From: Prochlorococcus sp. MIT 0801
Lineage (GTDB): Bacteria > Cyanobacteriota > Cyanobacteriia > PCC-6307 > Cyanobiaceae
DNA: 32,000 bases
Reading direction: 5' to 3'
Assembly: GCF_000757865.1 (NCBI RefSeq)
Contig: NZ_CP007754.1
Span: 1,740,001 to 1,772,000 of the forward strand
A program made the translations under genes and the position numbers. Below are positions 22,732-31,995 of this stretch, piece after piece. The notes beneath the pieces were generated by a model, which saw only the letters and a program-made list of their open reading frames with translations, was not told where the DNA came from and made no database searches. The stretch's first letter is position 1; each line of letters begins with the position of its first letter.

Positions 22732-22793
22732 AAAAAAAATTTATTACTTTTTATTCGAATTTGTATAAAAAATCAAACATTAATAATCCTTTT

Positions 22794-23045
22794 TCATTTG
22801 ACATCCAAACTAACATTTTCTGGTGGCGGTGTTGGATCAGGATCAGCAATGAGCATGTGTTGCAAAACGATTTCAGGACGCTCGCTATCTCTCCATCTGA
22901 TTCGATAAGCAGGCATTTTTGTGCCCCTGCTTGTCGTTTGTTCAACAGGTTCCATAACCCAACCGCGTCTTGATCGCCCTTGGGGGTTCCTTTTCACAAC
23001 AGCATCTGCATGCTTGAATCGGAAACCAACTCTCTCGCCACTCAT
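22794..23045 (-). CDS. Hypothetical small basic protein (83 aa) with Pro-rich C-terminus
   Basis: ATG-start ORF in a locally GC-rich patch (one 60-nt line counts about 55% GC). It is the longest of three mutually overlapping ORFs and has coding-like composition. I recognise no family. Confidence 0.55.
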   Translation of the reverse strand: MSGERVGFRFKHADAVVKRNPQGRSRRGWVMEPVEQTTSRGTKMPAYRIRWRDSERPEIVLQHMLIADPDPTPPPENVSLDVK

Positions 23046-23086
23046 CTGAACAAAATAGTTACTCGCCTATTATCCACTCTGATGGG

Positions 23087-24607
23087 TCACTTTCCAGTTT
23101 GTTTTAAATTTGATTCTGGTCGTAAAAGTGGAAAAGCTATGACATCTCTTATTGAAGGACTATCCGTTAACAGCATTACGAACCTATCTATTCCTATTCC
23201 TAGGCCTCCTGTTGGAGGCATTCCGACTTCAAGAGCATTGATAAAATCCTCATCCAAACTTTGAGCCTCAAGATCACCCGCTTCTTTTTTTGCTTGCTGT
23301 AAAAGTAAACGCTCTCTTTGATCAATAGGGTCAATTAATTCACTAAAAGCATTAGCAGTTTCTCTTCCAACAATAAAAAGTTCAAATCTTTCCACTAAAC
23401 CTTTCTTGCTTCTGTGTTTTCTAGCCAATGGAGAAATCTCAATTGGATAATCCATCACAAATGTAGGTTGAACCAGTTCAGGCTCTACTGCTTGTTCAAA
23501 AGCTTCATTCAATAGGCTTCCTACACTATCAGCCTTGTTGGGCACTTGAAGCCCCTTTCGACGCATTTCAGTCCTAGCATTATCAGCATTGTCTCCAAAC
23601 AATTCAAAATCAATTCCAGTAAATTCCTTAACTAAATCATGCATCGTGGCCCTTCTCCAAGGAGGTTGCAAATCTATTTCTTGCTCTTGATAATTAATTT
23701 TGGTCGATCCACAAATCTTTTCACAAACTGAGGAAAGTAATTTTTCTGTTAAATCCATCATGTCGAAATAATCTGAAAAGGCCTCATAAATCTCAACAGA
23801 TGTAAATTCAGGATTATGCCTAGTGCTAATTCCTTCATTTCTAAAAATTCTTCCAAGTTCATAGACCCTTTGAAATCCACCCACCACAAGTCTTTTAAGA
23901 TGCAATTCTGTTGCAATCCTCAAATACAAAGGCAAATCGAGCGTGTTGTGATGAGTTATGAAAGGCCTTGCGTCCGCTCCTCCAGCTTCTGATTGTAGAA
24001 CTGGGGTCTCGATTTCAAGAAAGTCTTTTTCATCTAACCATCGTCGAATTGAACTAACTAATAAAGCCCTGGTTCGAAAAGTTTTTCTTGACTGCGGATT
24101 TACAATTAAATCTAAATATCTTTGTCTATAGCGCTTTTCTACATCTGCAAGTCCATGCCATTTATCTGGTAAGGGTTGTAACGATTTTGATAGCATTGAC
24201 CATTCAAAAACCTTTATAGAAAGTTCGCCTCTATCAGTTCTCCTTAATATTCCACTGACTCCTATCCAATCACCAGAATCAACGAGAGATGTAATGTTCT
24301 CAAAATTATTATTTAGATTCTCGCTATCTTCATTCCGATTTAAGGTCGCCTTTTCCAAAAAGAGCTGCACTGTGCCTGTTTCATCGGCAAGAGTAAAAAA
24401 AGCAAGTTTTCCCATCACTCTTCTAGAAGTTACTCGCCCTGCCATAGATACTTCGTCGTTTTTTTCTTCGCCATTTGGCAAATCTTCATATTTTTCCTGC
24501 AAAACAGCGGCAGAATCAGTAGGTCTAAAATTCAAACCATAGGGACCTTGACCAAGCTTATTTAGTGCTTTTGCCTTCTCAAGGCGGGTATCTCTTAATT
24601 CAGACAA
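23087..24607 (-). CDS. lysS: Lysine--tRNA ligase (class II)
   Basis: 506-aa ORF. It has an OB anticodon-binding domain ([19 protein letters not shown]) and class II motifs ([31 protein letters not shown]). The start is TTG at 24607-24605, with no in-frame ATG near the conserved N-terminus. Confidence 0.93.
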   Translation of the reverse strand: MSELRDTRLEKAKALNKLGQGPYGLNFRPTDSAAVLQEKYEDLPNGEEKNDEVSMAGRVTSRRVMGKLAFFTLADETGTVQLFLEKATLNRNEDSENLNNNFENITSLVDSGDWIGVSGILRRTDRGELSIKVFEWSMLSKSLQPLPDKWHGLADVEKRYRQRYLDLIVNPQSRKTFRTRALLVSSIRRWLDEKDFLEIETPVLQSEAGGADARPFITHHNTLDLPLYLRIATELHLKRLVVGGFQRVYELGRIFRNEGISTRHNPEFTSVEIYEAFSDYFDMMDLTEKLLSSVCEKICGSTKINYQEQEIDLQPPWRRATMHDLVKEFTGIDFELFGDNADNARTEMRRKGLQVPNKADSVGSLLNEAFEQAVEPELVQPTFVMDYPIEISPLARKHRSKKGLVERFELFIVGRETANAFSELIDPIDQRERLLLQQAKKEAGDLEAQSLDEDFINALEVGMPPTGGLGIGIDRFVMLLTDSPSIRDVIAFPLLRPESNLKQTGK

Positions 24608-24676
24608 GGCAATGGGTACAAACGGCAGTAATACACAATATCAATTGCAAACCTATCAATTTTGAGCTATTAATCT

Positions 24677-25417
24677 TCAACTGGCAATAGCAGTAGGAAA
24701 TTCCCCCATTCTTTGAGACGCATAGCCAATACCTCTTACCGTTAAAATCAGTTCCGGATTTCTTGGATCTGGTTCAAGCTTGCCTCTTAAGCGCGCAACA
24801 TAGACATCCACAACTCTTAAATCTGCTGCTCTTCTGGGAGGGTAACCCCAAAGTTGTTCTAAAATTTCTGCTCGAGGTACAACACGACCAGGGTCACGGA
24901 ATAATAATTCCAGCAAGCTAAATTCTGTATATGTAAGCCCTATTCTTTCTCCTCCTCTACTGACTTGCCTTCTATTAGTGTCTACAACAAGATCACCAAG
25001 CTTCATTACTCCTTGACCTGATGGAACCTCTCTGGGCTCATCAACAGTCGGAGCAGGTCCGACTCTTCTCAAAATTGTCGCAATTCTTGCTTCTAACTCC
25101 TTTGGGCTGAATGGTTTAGCTAAATAATCATCAGCGCCTAAATCCAAACCTGCGACTCTTTCTGAAATCGCTTCAAGAGCAGTCAAGAATATTATTGGGA
25201 CACAAGACTCTGCTCTTATTCTTCGACAGACTGCAAAACCATCCATCTTCGGGAGCATGACATCCAGTACCACTAAGTCTGGTGCTTCTCTGTGAAAAAC
25301 CTCTAGTGCTTGCTCCCCATCCTGCGCAGATAAAACTTTATAACCAGCAAGATTTAGTCTTGTAACCAAGACTTTCAACACTGCTGGTTCATCATCTACA
25401 ACCAAAATGCAGGTCAT
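24677..25417 (-). CDS. OmpR-family two-component response regulator (receiver plus winged-helix domain)
   Basis: 246-aa ORF. Receiver residues are present (VVDDE, phospho-acceptor context DLVVLDVMLPKMDG, LTAL, KPF). The C-terminal trans_reg_C domain has LTYTEFSLLELL...VDVYVARLRGKLE...TVRGIGY. No histidine kinase gene lies adjacent. Confidence 0.9.
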   Translation of the reverse strand: MTCILVVDDEPAVLKVLVTRLNLAGYKVLSAQDGEQALEVFHREAPDLVVLDVMLPKMDGFAVCRRIRAESCVPIIFLTALEAISERVAGLDLGADDYLAKPFSPKELEARIATILRRVGPAPTVDEPREVPSGQGVMKLGDLVVDTNRRQVSRGGERIGLTYTEFSLLELLFRDPGRVVPRAEILEQLWGYPPRRAADLRVVDVYVARLRGKLEPDPRNPELILTVRGIGYASQRMGEFPTAIAS

Positions 25418-25584
25418 GAGATTAGCTGTTTCCTTAGTGACATGACCATAGAAATGGCTTTTTATTATATGACGATATCATCTTCAAGTTAGGTATTCAA
25501 AGCCATTTGAATAATATATAAAGACAGAGTCCCCACTAATAAATAAGTATTTATCCTATTTTTAAAGCTTTATACAATTTTTCA

Positions 25585-26085
25585 TTAATTTTTTTTATTA
25601 GCTAGAAGAAGCCATGAAGAGAAAAATGGAGCAACTAATCCAGTAATTATGACCTCGGAAATTAATACAAAAATTGACCATGAATGAAACCAATTATTTC
25701 TTAAAACGTTATAAAGAAAAATTTTTTGAATCCAAATAGAAAAGCCAACAAAGGCAGTTCCCAAAATAGCCATCAAACCAATATTTAAAAATAATTCAAT
25801 TTTTTTATTATGCAATCTATACGTACTCCAGGCTACAGACAAAAGCAGCAAAGATGGAACATAAGAAACATCACCAATCGTAAAAGAGTCTATGAAGATA
25901 CCCAATAAAACTGCAGCTATGGCAGAGTTCAAACGACTGTTTTGAAGCGAAAATGGCAATAATAAGATAACAGGCCAACATGGAGTTATTCCATTTATTT
26001 TTAGCCAATCAGGAGCTGTGATTATACAAAACTGTAAACAAATTAAATTCAAAAATATTAATATCTTCTTATTATTTTTGGGCAT
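25585..26085 (-). CDS. mreD: Rod shape-determining protein MreD
   Basis: 166-aa polytopic membrane ORF. It overlaps the 3' end of mreC by 14 nt, in the canonical mreB-mreC-mreD order. Confidence 0.7.
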   Translation of the reverse strand: MPKNNKKILIFLNLICLQFCIITAPDWLKINGITPCWPVILLLPFSLQNSRLNSAIAAVLLGIFIDSFTIGDVSYVPSLLLLSVAWSTYRLHNKKIELFLNIGLMAILGTAFVGFSIWIQKIFLYNVLRNNWFHSWSIFVLISEVIITGLVAPFFSSWLLLANKKN

Positions 26086-26827
26086 TATTTTTCAAGATTT
26101 GAACCCAATCAATTGCCTCAGGTGATGCAGTTAATTGAACTATTGCATAGGGAGATGGTAAGGCTTTTTCGTTCACAGACTTAACAATTCCAATTGTTAA
26201 GTTTGGGGGTAATAAAGTACTTGCTGGAGATGTAGTAACAGCATCTCCAATTTTAGCCAAACTATTTTTATTTAAGAAAATTAATTTTGGTCTATTTGTA
26301 CCCATCCCAGTCAAAATCCCATGGTGCTGAGTGCGATCAATCCAAGCTCCTACCTGATGACCAGGATCAGTCAATAATCTAACTCTTGCAGTCAATGGGG
26401 TTACGCTGTCAATTAGACCAATCAAGCCGCCTGGACCAATTACTGTTAGCCCTTTCAAAACTCCATCTTTTGACCCCTTATTAATTTCTAACTGTTGCCA
26501 CCAATTTCTTGAGGATCTTGATATGACAGCAGCTGAAATTCTTTGACCAGTATTAAAGTCTTTTAACGAAAGAGCTCTCCTTAAACGAGTGTTATCATCC
26601 TCAAGTAATTTTAATCGAATGCTTCTTTCAACATTATTTCCTTCCTTAATCCATTCACGTTGAGCAGTACCTGGGAGTATGGGTTTCAGTAAAACAGAGT
26701 ATAAATCTAAATATCCTGCTCCTTTTGACCAACGAATCCCAAATAATAAAGCTCCAAATAAAAATATTACCCAAAACCTTCCTTTCAAAAGCAACTGAAA
26801 CCCAATTTCCCTTCGGGCTTTAATCAT
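26072..26827 (-). CDS. mreC: Rod shape-determining protein MreC
   Basis: 251-aa ORF with an N-terminal TM segment and a coiled region (LEDDNTRLRRAL). MreC beta-barrel-like motifs follow (VIGPGGLIGLIDSV, VRLLTDPG, GILTG, GDAVTTS). It lies directly downstream of mreB. Confidence 0.85.
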   Translation of the reverse strand: MIKARREIGFQLLLKGRFWVIFLFGALLFGIRWSKGAGYLDLYSVLLKPILPGTAQREWIKEGNNVERSIRLKLLEDDNTRLRRALSLKDFNTGQRISAAVISRSSRNWWQQLEINKGSKDGVLKGLTVIGPGGLIGLIDSVTPLTARVRLLTDPGHQVGAWIDRTQHHGILTGMGTNRPKLIFLNKNSLAKIGDAVTTSPASTLLPPNLTIGIVKSVNEKALPSPYAIVQLTASPEAIDWVQILKNNAQK

Positions 26828-26831
26828 TTGT

Positions 26832-27893
26832 TCAATCTCTAATTACATTCCTAGCAAAATCAGGCGTATCTAAAACTCTTCGCATTGATTTAAAATCATC
26901 TAAAACCAAACCACATCCGTTTACGACACAAAGCAATGGATCCTCAGCTACGTGAGTAAAAATTCCTGTTTCATGACTTAATAGATCACTAATTCCTCTA
27001 ACTAAAGCCCCCCCTCCTGCAAGCATTATCCCCCTATCAACAATATCTGCCGCCAGTTCGGGCGGAGTTCTTTCTAGAGTTCTTTTAACCGCGTCAACAA
27101 TCTTATTCAAAGGCTCTGACATGGCTTCACGTAAATCGCCTGCTTTCAAGTTGATTGAGCGAGGCAAACCTGAGAGTAAATGTAATCCCCTTACATCTAT
27201 TGATTGCAAATCAAATTCATTTGATGGAAAAGCTGATCCAATTTTAATTTTTATCTCTTCAGCTGTTCTCTCACCAACTACTAAATTATGTACTTTTTTT
27301 AAATATGTTGCGATGGAATCATTGATTTCATCGCCTGCAACTCTTACAGATTCGCTTAAGACTGTCCCGCCAAGACTTAACACAGCAACTTCAGTAGTAC
27401 CTCCACCAATATCAACAATCATTGTGCCTATGGGCTCTGTAACCGGCAAAGAAGCTCCAATTGCAGCAGCTACAGGTTCATCAATCAAATGCACCTCTCT
27501 TGCTCCCGCAAGACCAGCCTCACGCACTGCTCGTCTCTCTACTCCAGTCACACCACTGGGAATACCAACTACTAGTCTAGGTGCAATTATTCCACGACCC
27601 TCATTACATTTTTGAATAAATGTCTTAAGCATTTGCTCAGCAGCATCAAAGTCGGCTATTACACCATCGCGAAGCGGACGAACGGCACGAATATTTCCTG
27701 GTGTTCGCCCTAACATTAATTTCGCATCATCGCCTACTGCAAGAGGAATCCCCTCTTCTAAGTCCATTGCTACAACCGAAGGTTCTTGCAGTACAATTCC
27801 TTTGCCAGAAACATAAATCAAGGTATTTGCCGTACCTAAATCAATCCCAATATCCCGGGAGAATTTGAAACGGTTAAAAAACACGGATTTCAA
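26832..27893 (-). CDS. mreB: Rod shape-determining actin homologue MreB
   Basis: 353-aa ORF with DIGIDLGTANTLIY, EPVAAAIGA, DIGGGTTEVAV and LAGGGALVRGI. The longest ORF starts at a TTG at 27893, with an alternative GTG 9 nt downstream, so the start is uncertain. Confidence 0.93.
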   Translation of the reverse strand: MKSVFFNRFKFSRDIGIDLGTANTLIYVSGKGIVLQEPSVVAMDLEEGIPLAVGDDAKLMLGRTPGNIRAVRPLRDGVIADFDAAEQMLKTFIQKCNEGRGIIAPRLVVGIPSGVTGVERRAVREAGLAGAREVHLIDEPVAAAIGASLPVTEPIGTMIVDIGGGTTEVAVLSLGGTVLSESVRVAGDEINDSIATYLKKVHNLVVGERTAEEIKIKIGSAFPSNEFDLQSIDVRGLHLLSGLPRSINLKAGDLREAMSEPLNKIVDAVKRTLERTPPELAADIVDRGIMLAGGGALVRGISDLLSHETGIFTHVAEDPLLCVVNGCGLVLDDFKSMRRVLDTPDFARNVIRD

Positions 27894-27969
27894 TCATTTG
27901 AGCCATCATAAAGAGAGTTGAACTAAGATAAATATATTATTCAGCAACCAGTAAACATAGGAGGTAAAG

Positions 27970-28359
27970 ATGGGAATAAATTCGGTCACCCTTGTTGGCA
28001 GAGCAGGAAGAGATCCTGAAGTTAGATATTTTGAATCTGGAACTGTAGTAGCAAATCTAACAATGGCTGTAAATAGAAGGAATCGGAGCGATGAACCAGA
28101 TTGGTTCAATTTAGAAATTTGGGGCAAACAAGCCCAAGTAGCTGCTGATTATGTAAAAAAAGGCTCTTTGATCGGTATAACTGGTAGCTTCAAATTGGAT
28201 ACTTGGAAGGATCGTAATACTGGAGAGGATAGAAATAAGCCAGTTGTTAGAGTTGATCGTCTTGAATTATTAGGATCCAAAAGAGATTCAGAAAATAGTA
28301 ATTTTCAAAACAACAATTTTAATCAGCAACCAAGTAATAATGACGAAATTCCATTTTAA
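27970..28359 (+). CDS. ssb: Single-stranded DNA-binding protein
   Basis: 129-aa ORF. The OB fold has NSVTLVGRAGRDPEVRYFESG...WFNLEIWGKQAQVAADYVKKGS, and the acidic tail ends DEIPF. AGGAGG lies 5 nt upstream of the ATG. Confidence 0.92.
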   Translation: MGINSVTLVGRAGRDPEVRYFESGTVVANLTMAVNRRNRSDEPDWFNLEIWGKQAQVAADYVKKGSLIGITGSFKLDTWKDRNTGEDRNKPVVRVDRLELLGSKRDSENSNFQNNNFNQQPSNNDEIPF

Positions 28360-28369
28360 AAATATCTTT

Positions 28370-29026
28370 TTAATTGTTAATTAGTTTACGAAGGGATTTA
28401 TAAATTAAACTGATCAAAACTCCAGAGATAATTAAAACAATGATCGTCTTAAAGATACTTGAGAAAGGACTAATAAACGTTTCAATATTTGCATAATTAT
28501 CGCCTAAATAAAAACCTGCAATTGTTAAAAACAACGTCCAAATTAGGCTTCCTGCGGTTGTCCAAATTAGAAAAGGGGTAATAGGCATTAATTCAACCCC
28601 TGCGGGGACAGAAATCAAAGTACGAATTCCAGGGACTAATCTTCCCCAAAAGACTAAAGACACTCCATACCTGTTGAACCATTTACGACTGCGAGCAAGT
28701 TCTTGAGGATTAATTCCAATCCACCGTCCATTCTTCTCAAGCCATTTTTCAAGTCTTTCTTCATTTACTAATCTGCCAATTCCATACCAAGGCAAAGCCC
28801 CAATAACAGTTCCGATTAAACCTGCTAAAACAACTGGTAAAAAATCTAATTGACCTTGAGCTACATAAAATCCTCCAAGAGGCATAATTAACTCCGAAGG
28901 AATTGGCGGAATTAGGTTTTCCAAAAACATTGACAATAAAATCGCCCCATAACCAATCCACTGATTAGTCTCAACTGCATTTCCTATAAATACTGGTAAA
29001 GAAGAAATAAATTCAGATATTTCCAT
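28370..29026 (-). CDS. DedA-family (SNARE-associated) inner-membrane protein
   Basis: 218-aa membrane ORF. DedA-like motifs are FLENLIPPIPSELIMPLGG and FWGRLVPGIRTLISVPAG. Confidence 0.75.
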   Translation of the reverse strand: MEISEFISSLPVFIGNAVETNQWIGYGAILLSMFLENLIPPIPSELIMPLGGFYVAQGQLDFLPVVLAGLIGTVIGALPWYGIGRLVNEERLEKWLEKNGRWIGINPQELARSRKWFNRYGVSLVFWGRLVPGIRTLISVPAGVELMPITPFLIWTTAGSLIWTLFLTIAGFYLGDNYANIETFISPFSSIFKTIIVLIISGVLISLIYKSLRKLINN

Positions 29027-29050
29027 TTAATTTGAACTGTTTAAATAAAA

Positions 29051-30484
29051 TCAATAACGATATTGATTTGTCTTGTAGGGACCTTCAATTGGAACATTAA
29101 TATATTCAGCTTGTTCTTGAGTTAACTTAGTTAACTTTGCTCCAATCTTATCTAAATGAAGAACAGCCACCATTTCATCTAAATGTTTTGGCAAGACATA
29201 AACTTTGTTCAAATATTTAACGCCATATTTAAATAATTCAATTTGAGCTAAAACTTGATTAGTAAAAGAATTGCTCATAACAAAACTTGGATGACCAGTA
29301 GCACATCCAAGATTGACTAATCTTCCTTCTGCTAAAAGAATTATTTTGTTACCACTTGGTAAAGTTATGTGATCTACTTGAGCTTTAATATTTTCCCATT
29401 CATAGGACTTTAAAGAGGAAACCTCTATTTCATTATCAAAATGGCCAATATTACAAACAATCGATTCGTTCTTCATCCTGATCAAATGCTCATGACGAAT
29501 CACTTGAAAATTTCCAGTGGCCGTAACAAAAATATCAACATCTTCAACTACTTCATCTAGTCTCACAACTCTATAACCCTCCATTGCGGCTTGAAGAGCA
29601 CATATTGGATCTATCTCAGAAATCATTACTGTCGCGCCTAACCCCCTTAAAGATTGAGCAGAACCTTTTCCAACATCTCCATATCCCATGACAAGGGCTA
29701 CCTTGCCAGCCACCATGACATCTGTAGCCCTTTTAATGCCATCAACCAAGGACTCTCGGCAACCATATAGATTATCAAACTTACTTTTAGTCACGGAATC
29801 ATTTACGTTAATAGCTGGAAAAACAAGGTCTCCATTTTTTTCCATTTGGTAAAGACGAGCTACACCAGTTGTGGTTTCCTCAGTGATTCCTTTTATAAAA
29901 GATTTAGCTTTTGAATAAAAATTTGGATCTTTTGTAAGTTTTTTCTTAATAGAAGCAAATAATGCAATTTCCTCTTCATTTGAGGGGTTATCAAGAACTG
30001 AAATATCTTCTTCCGCTTTGCTCCCCAAAATAATCAATCCAGTCGCATCACCACCATCGTCAAGAATCATATTTGCATATTCACCATCTCTCCACTCAAA
30101 AATTTTATGAGTATATTCCCAGTATTCATCCAAAGTTTCACCCTTCTTAGCAAATACTGGGACTCCTAAATTTGCAATAGCTGCAGCAGCATGATCTTGC
30201 GTGGAAAAAATATTACATGAAGCCCATCTCACTTTTGCACCAAGTTCTACAAGAGTCTCAATAAGAACTCCTGTTTGAATAGTCATGTGGAGACTACCTG
30301 CTATGAAAGCCCCTTTTAATGGTTTTTGGGCTCCATATTTTTTTCTCAATGCCATTAAACCTGGCATTTCTGTTTCGGCGATCAAAAGTTCTTTTCTACC
30401 GAATTCTGCTTCGGTTATGTCTTTAACTACATAATCAGTATTCTTCTCAATACTGTTGAGATTTGACTTGGTTGCTGCGAACAT
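29051..30484 (-). CDS. ahcY: Adenosylhomocysteinase
   Basis: 477-aa ORF. It shows SAHH signatures ([15 protein letters not shown], the NAD-binding [27 protein letters not shown]) and ends YRY. Confidence 0.95.
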   Translation of the reverse strand: MFAATKSNLNSIEKNTDYVVKDITEAEFGRKELLIAETEMPGLMALRKKYGAQKPLKGAFIAGSLHMTIQTGVLIETLVELGAKVRWASCNIFSTQDHAAAAIANLGVPVFAKKGETLDEYWEYTHKIFEWRDGEYANMILDDGGDATGLIILGSKAEEDISVLDNPSNEEEIALFASIKKKLTKDPNFYSKAKSFIKGITEETTTGVARLYQMEKNGDLVFPAINVNDSVTKSKFDNLYGCRESLVDGIKRATDVMVAGKVALVMGYGDVGKGSAQSLRGLGATVMISEIDPICALQAAMEGYRVVRLDEVVEDVDIFVTATGNFQVIRHEHLIRMKNESIVCNIGHFDNEIEVSSLKSYEWENIKAQVDHITLPSGNKIILLAEGRLVNLGCATGHPSFVMSNSFTNQVLAQIELFKYGVKYLNKVYVLPKHLDEMVAVLHLDKIGAKLTKLTQEQAEYINVPIEGPYKTNQYRY

Positions 30485-30487
30485 AAG

Positions 30488-31033
30488 TTGAACTCTCTAT
30501 GGGAGATTGTGGAAAAAGATACTGAAAAACAATTCAATGATTTTAATTCATTTGCTCAGCAAACAAATAATTTCTGCTGGACTTTGGATAAACCTGAATC
30601 AACGATGTTATTAGGTTCAACATTAACAAAAAAAATTCCAGATCTAAGGATTCTCCTTTTAATTGGGCCTCTTGGAGCAGGAAAGACCACATTAGTTAAA
30701 GGAATTGCCAAAAGCCTAAAGATACAGGAGCCTATCACTTCTCCAACTTTTCCTTTATCCCAGCATTATCCTTTTGGATCTCCTCCATTGGTACATCTTG
30801 ATCTGTACAGAATTGAAGAAGAAAATGCGGCAAACGAATTTTTTTTACAAGAGGAAGAGGAATCCAAAGCCATTGGTGCATTGATGGTTGTTGAATGGCC
30901 AGAGAGGTTATCACTGCCAATGCCTGATGCTTGGATAGGAAAATTAGAATATTCCTCAGAAAATCAATCCCGTTTTTTTCAGCTAATTCCTCCTTTAGAT
31001 AAAGACAATAAATTATCAATTTCATCGAGATAA
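30488..31033 (+). CDS. tsaE: tRNA threonylcarbamoyladenosine (t6A) biosynthesis ATPase TsaE (YjeE)
   Basis: It has the P-loop [16 protein letters not shown], then SPTFPL and HLDLYR motifs typical of TsaE. The start is uncertain. The longest ORF begins at a TTG only 3 nt from the divergent ahcY ATG, and the first in-frame ATG is at 30605. Confidence 0.8.
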   Translation: MNSLWEIVEKDTEKQFNDFNSFAQQTNNFCWTLDKPESTMLLGSTLTKKIPDLRILLLIGPLGAGKTTLVKGIAKSLKIQEPITSPTFPLSQHYPFGSPPLVHLDLYRIEEENAANEFFLQEEEESKAIGALMVVEWPERLSLPMPDAWIGKLEYSSENQSRFFQLIPPLDKDNKLSISSR

Positions 31034-31995
31034 GGTTGTGGTTCTATCGCTCCTACTCCCTTGCAAACATGAGAACCGCATGCAATTCCAAATTGAATAA
31101 TATCTTGAGCAATTTGTTGACTGATTTGATCTAATTCAACAGAGATGAGTTTATAAATTAATCCTGCAGTGAATGCATCACCAGCTCCAGTCGTATCAAC
31201 CACAGACGAGGGGATAATCGCAAATGATTTACCAAGGTGATTATTGAGCCGCCATAAAATGGGATTCGATCCATCGGTAACTACAACAGATGGACTTTGT
31301 GGAAGAGAAGAAGAGATTTCAGTTGGATCAGAGGTATTAAAAAACCATTGAGCCTCCTCTTTTGCGAGTTTTATTAATGAAACGTTTTTTAAAATTGACA
31401 ATATTTGATTTTTTTCTTTTAGAGAGGGCTCTAAGACGGTTGAAACTTCTTTTCGCCAAAAGGTTGGGCGCCAATTGAGATCAACTGCAATCTTTATTTC
31501 TGAATGCAAAGCATTTTCAATACACCACAAAAAAGCTTTAGATGATATTTCTGAAGCCAAAGGAATTGTTCCCGTAACTAACCATTTCGCATTTTCGGCA
31601 AGAAGTGGCCAATCTCGAATAATTTGTTCACAGAATATGGCTTGATCGGCAAAACCCAAGCCTTTTTCTCCCACAAATTTTTCAAAAAATCTTTCTCCAT
31701 CAGAGTCTCTGCGAACCAATACAACTCTTGTAGGACGAAGACTATCCTCCTGTAATCCAGAGGTATTCATTCCTCTCTGAATTAATAGATTCTTAAAATT
31801 TTCTCCAAAAGCATCATTTCCTAAAGAGCCAATAAAAGAAACATTTGCTCCTAGTCGACTTAAAGCACAAGCGACATTAGCTGGAGCACCACCAAAACAA
31901 TCTGTTATTGGCAAATCCAAAGATGGGTCTCCACCAGGAGGGCCAAGTCGATCTATTAAAGCTTCTCCAAACGCAATTACGCTTCCAGAATGCAT
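30979..31995 (-). CDS. PfkB-family carbohydrate kinase (fructokinase-like)
   Basis: 338-aa ORF. The N-terminal region has GEALID...GGAPANVA, and the C-terminal DTTGAGDAF signature of the ribokinase/pfkB family is present. Its 3' end overlaps the tsaE 3' end by 55 nt. Confidence 0.85.
   Translation of the reverse strand: MHSGSVIAFGEALIDRLGPPGGDPSLDLPITDCFGGAPANVACALSRLGANVSFIGSLGNDAFGENFKNLLIQRGMNTSGLQEDSLRPTRVVLVRRDSDGERFFEKFVGEKGLGFADQAIFCEQIIRDWPLLAENAKWLVTGTIPLASEISSKAFLWCIENALHSEIKIAVDLNWRPTFWRKEVSTVLEPSLKEKNQILSILKNVSLIKLAKEEAQWFFNTSDPTEISSSLPQSPSVVVTDGSNPILWRLNNHLGKSFAIIPSSVVDTTGAGDAFTAGLIYKLISVELDQISQQIAQDIIQFGIACGSHVCKGVGAIEPQPYLDEIDNLLSLSKGGIS

Noticed and set aside
22751-22973. 64-aa (-) and 70-aa (+) ORFs overlapping the 83-aa ORF
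   Set aside because: They are shorter and extend into AT-rich flanks, with low-complexity translations. The 83-aa frame covers the GC-rich core and looks the most protein-like. All three calls remain uncertain.
27121-27615. 164-aa plus-strand ORF antisense to mreB, plus similar antisense or alternate-frame ORFs. These are at 2880-3065, 3507-3707, 5541-5813, 12122-12508, 13651-13905, 13906-14169, 14300-14596, 15303-15488, 15772-16002, 16626-16850, 17041-17250, 18314-18664, 19971-20198, 21606-21791, 24294-24542, 27906-28127, 28761-28961, 30556-30738 and 30735-31025.
   Set aside because: All are embedded in strongly supported genes. Their low-complexity Ser/Pro/Thr/Ala-rich or Ile/Phe/Leu-rich translations are typical of out-of-frame reading, and none has a recognisable domain.
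30509-30517. DnaA-box-like TGTGGAAAA near the ahcY/tsaE junction
   Set aside because: It is a single isolated box with no cluster, no adjacent dnaA or dnaN, and no AT-rich unwinding element, so it is not an origin.
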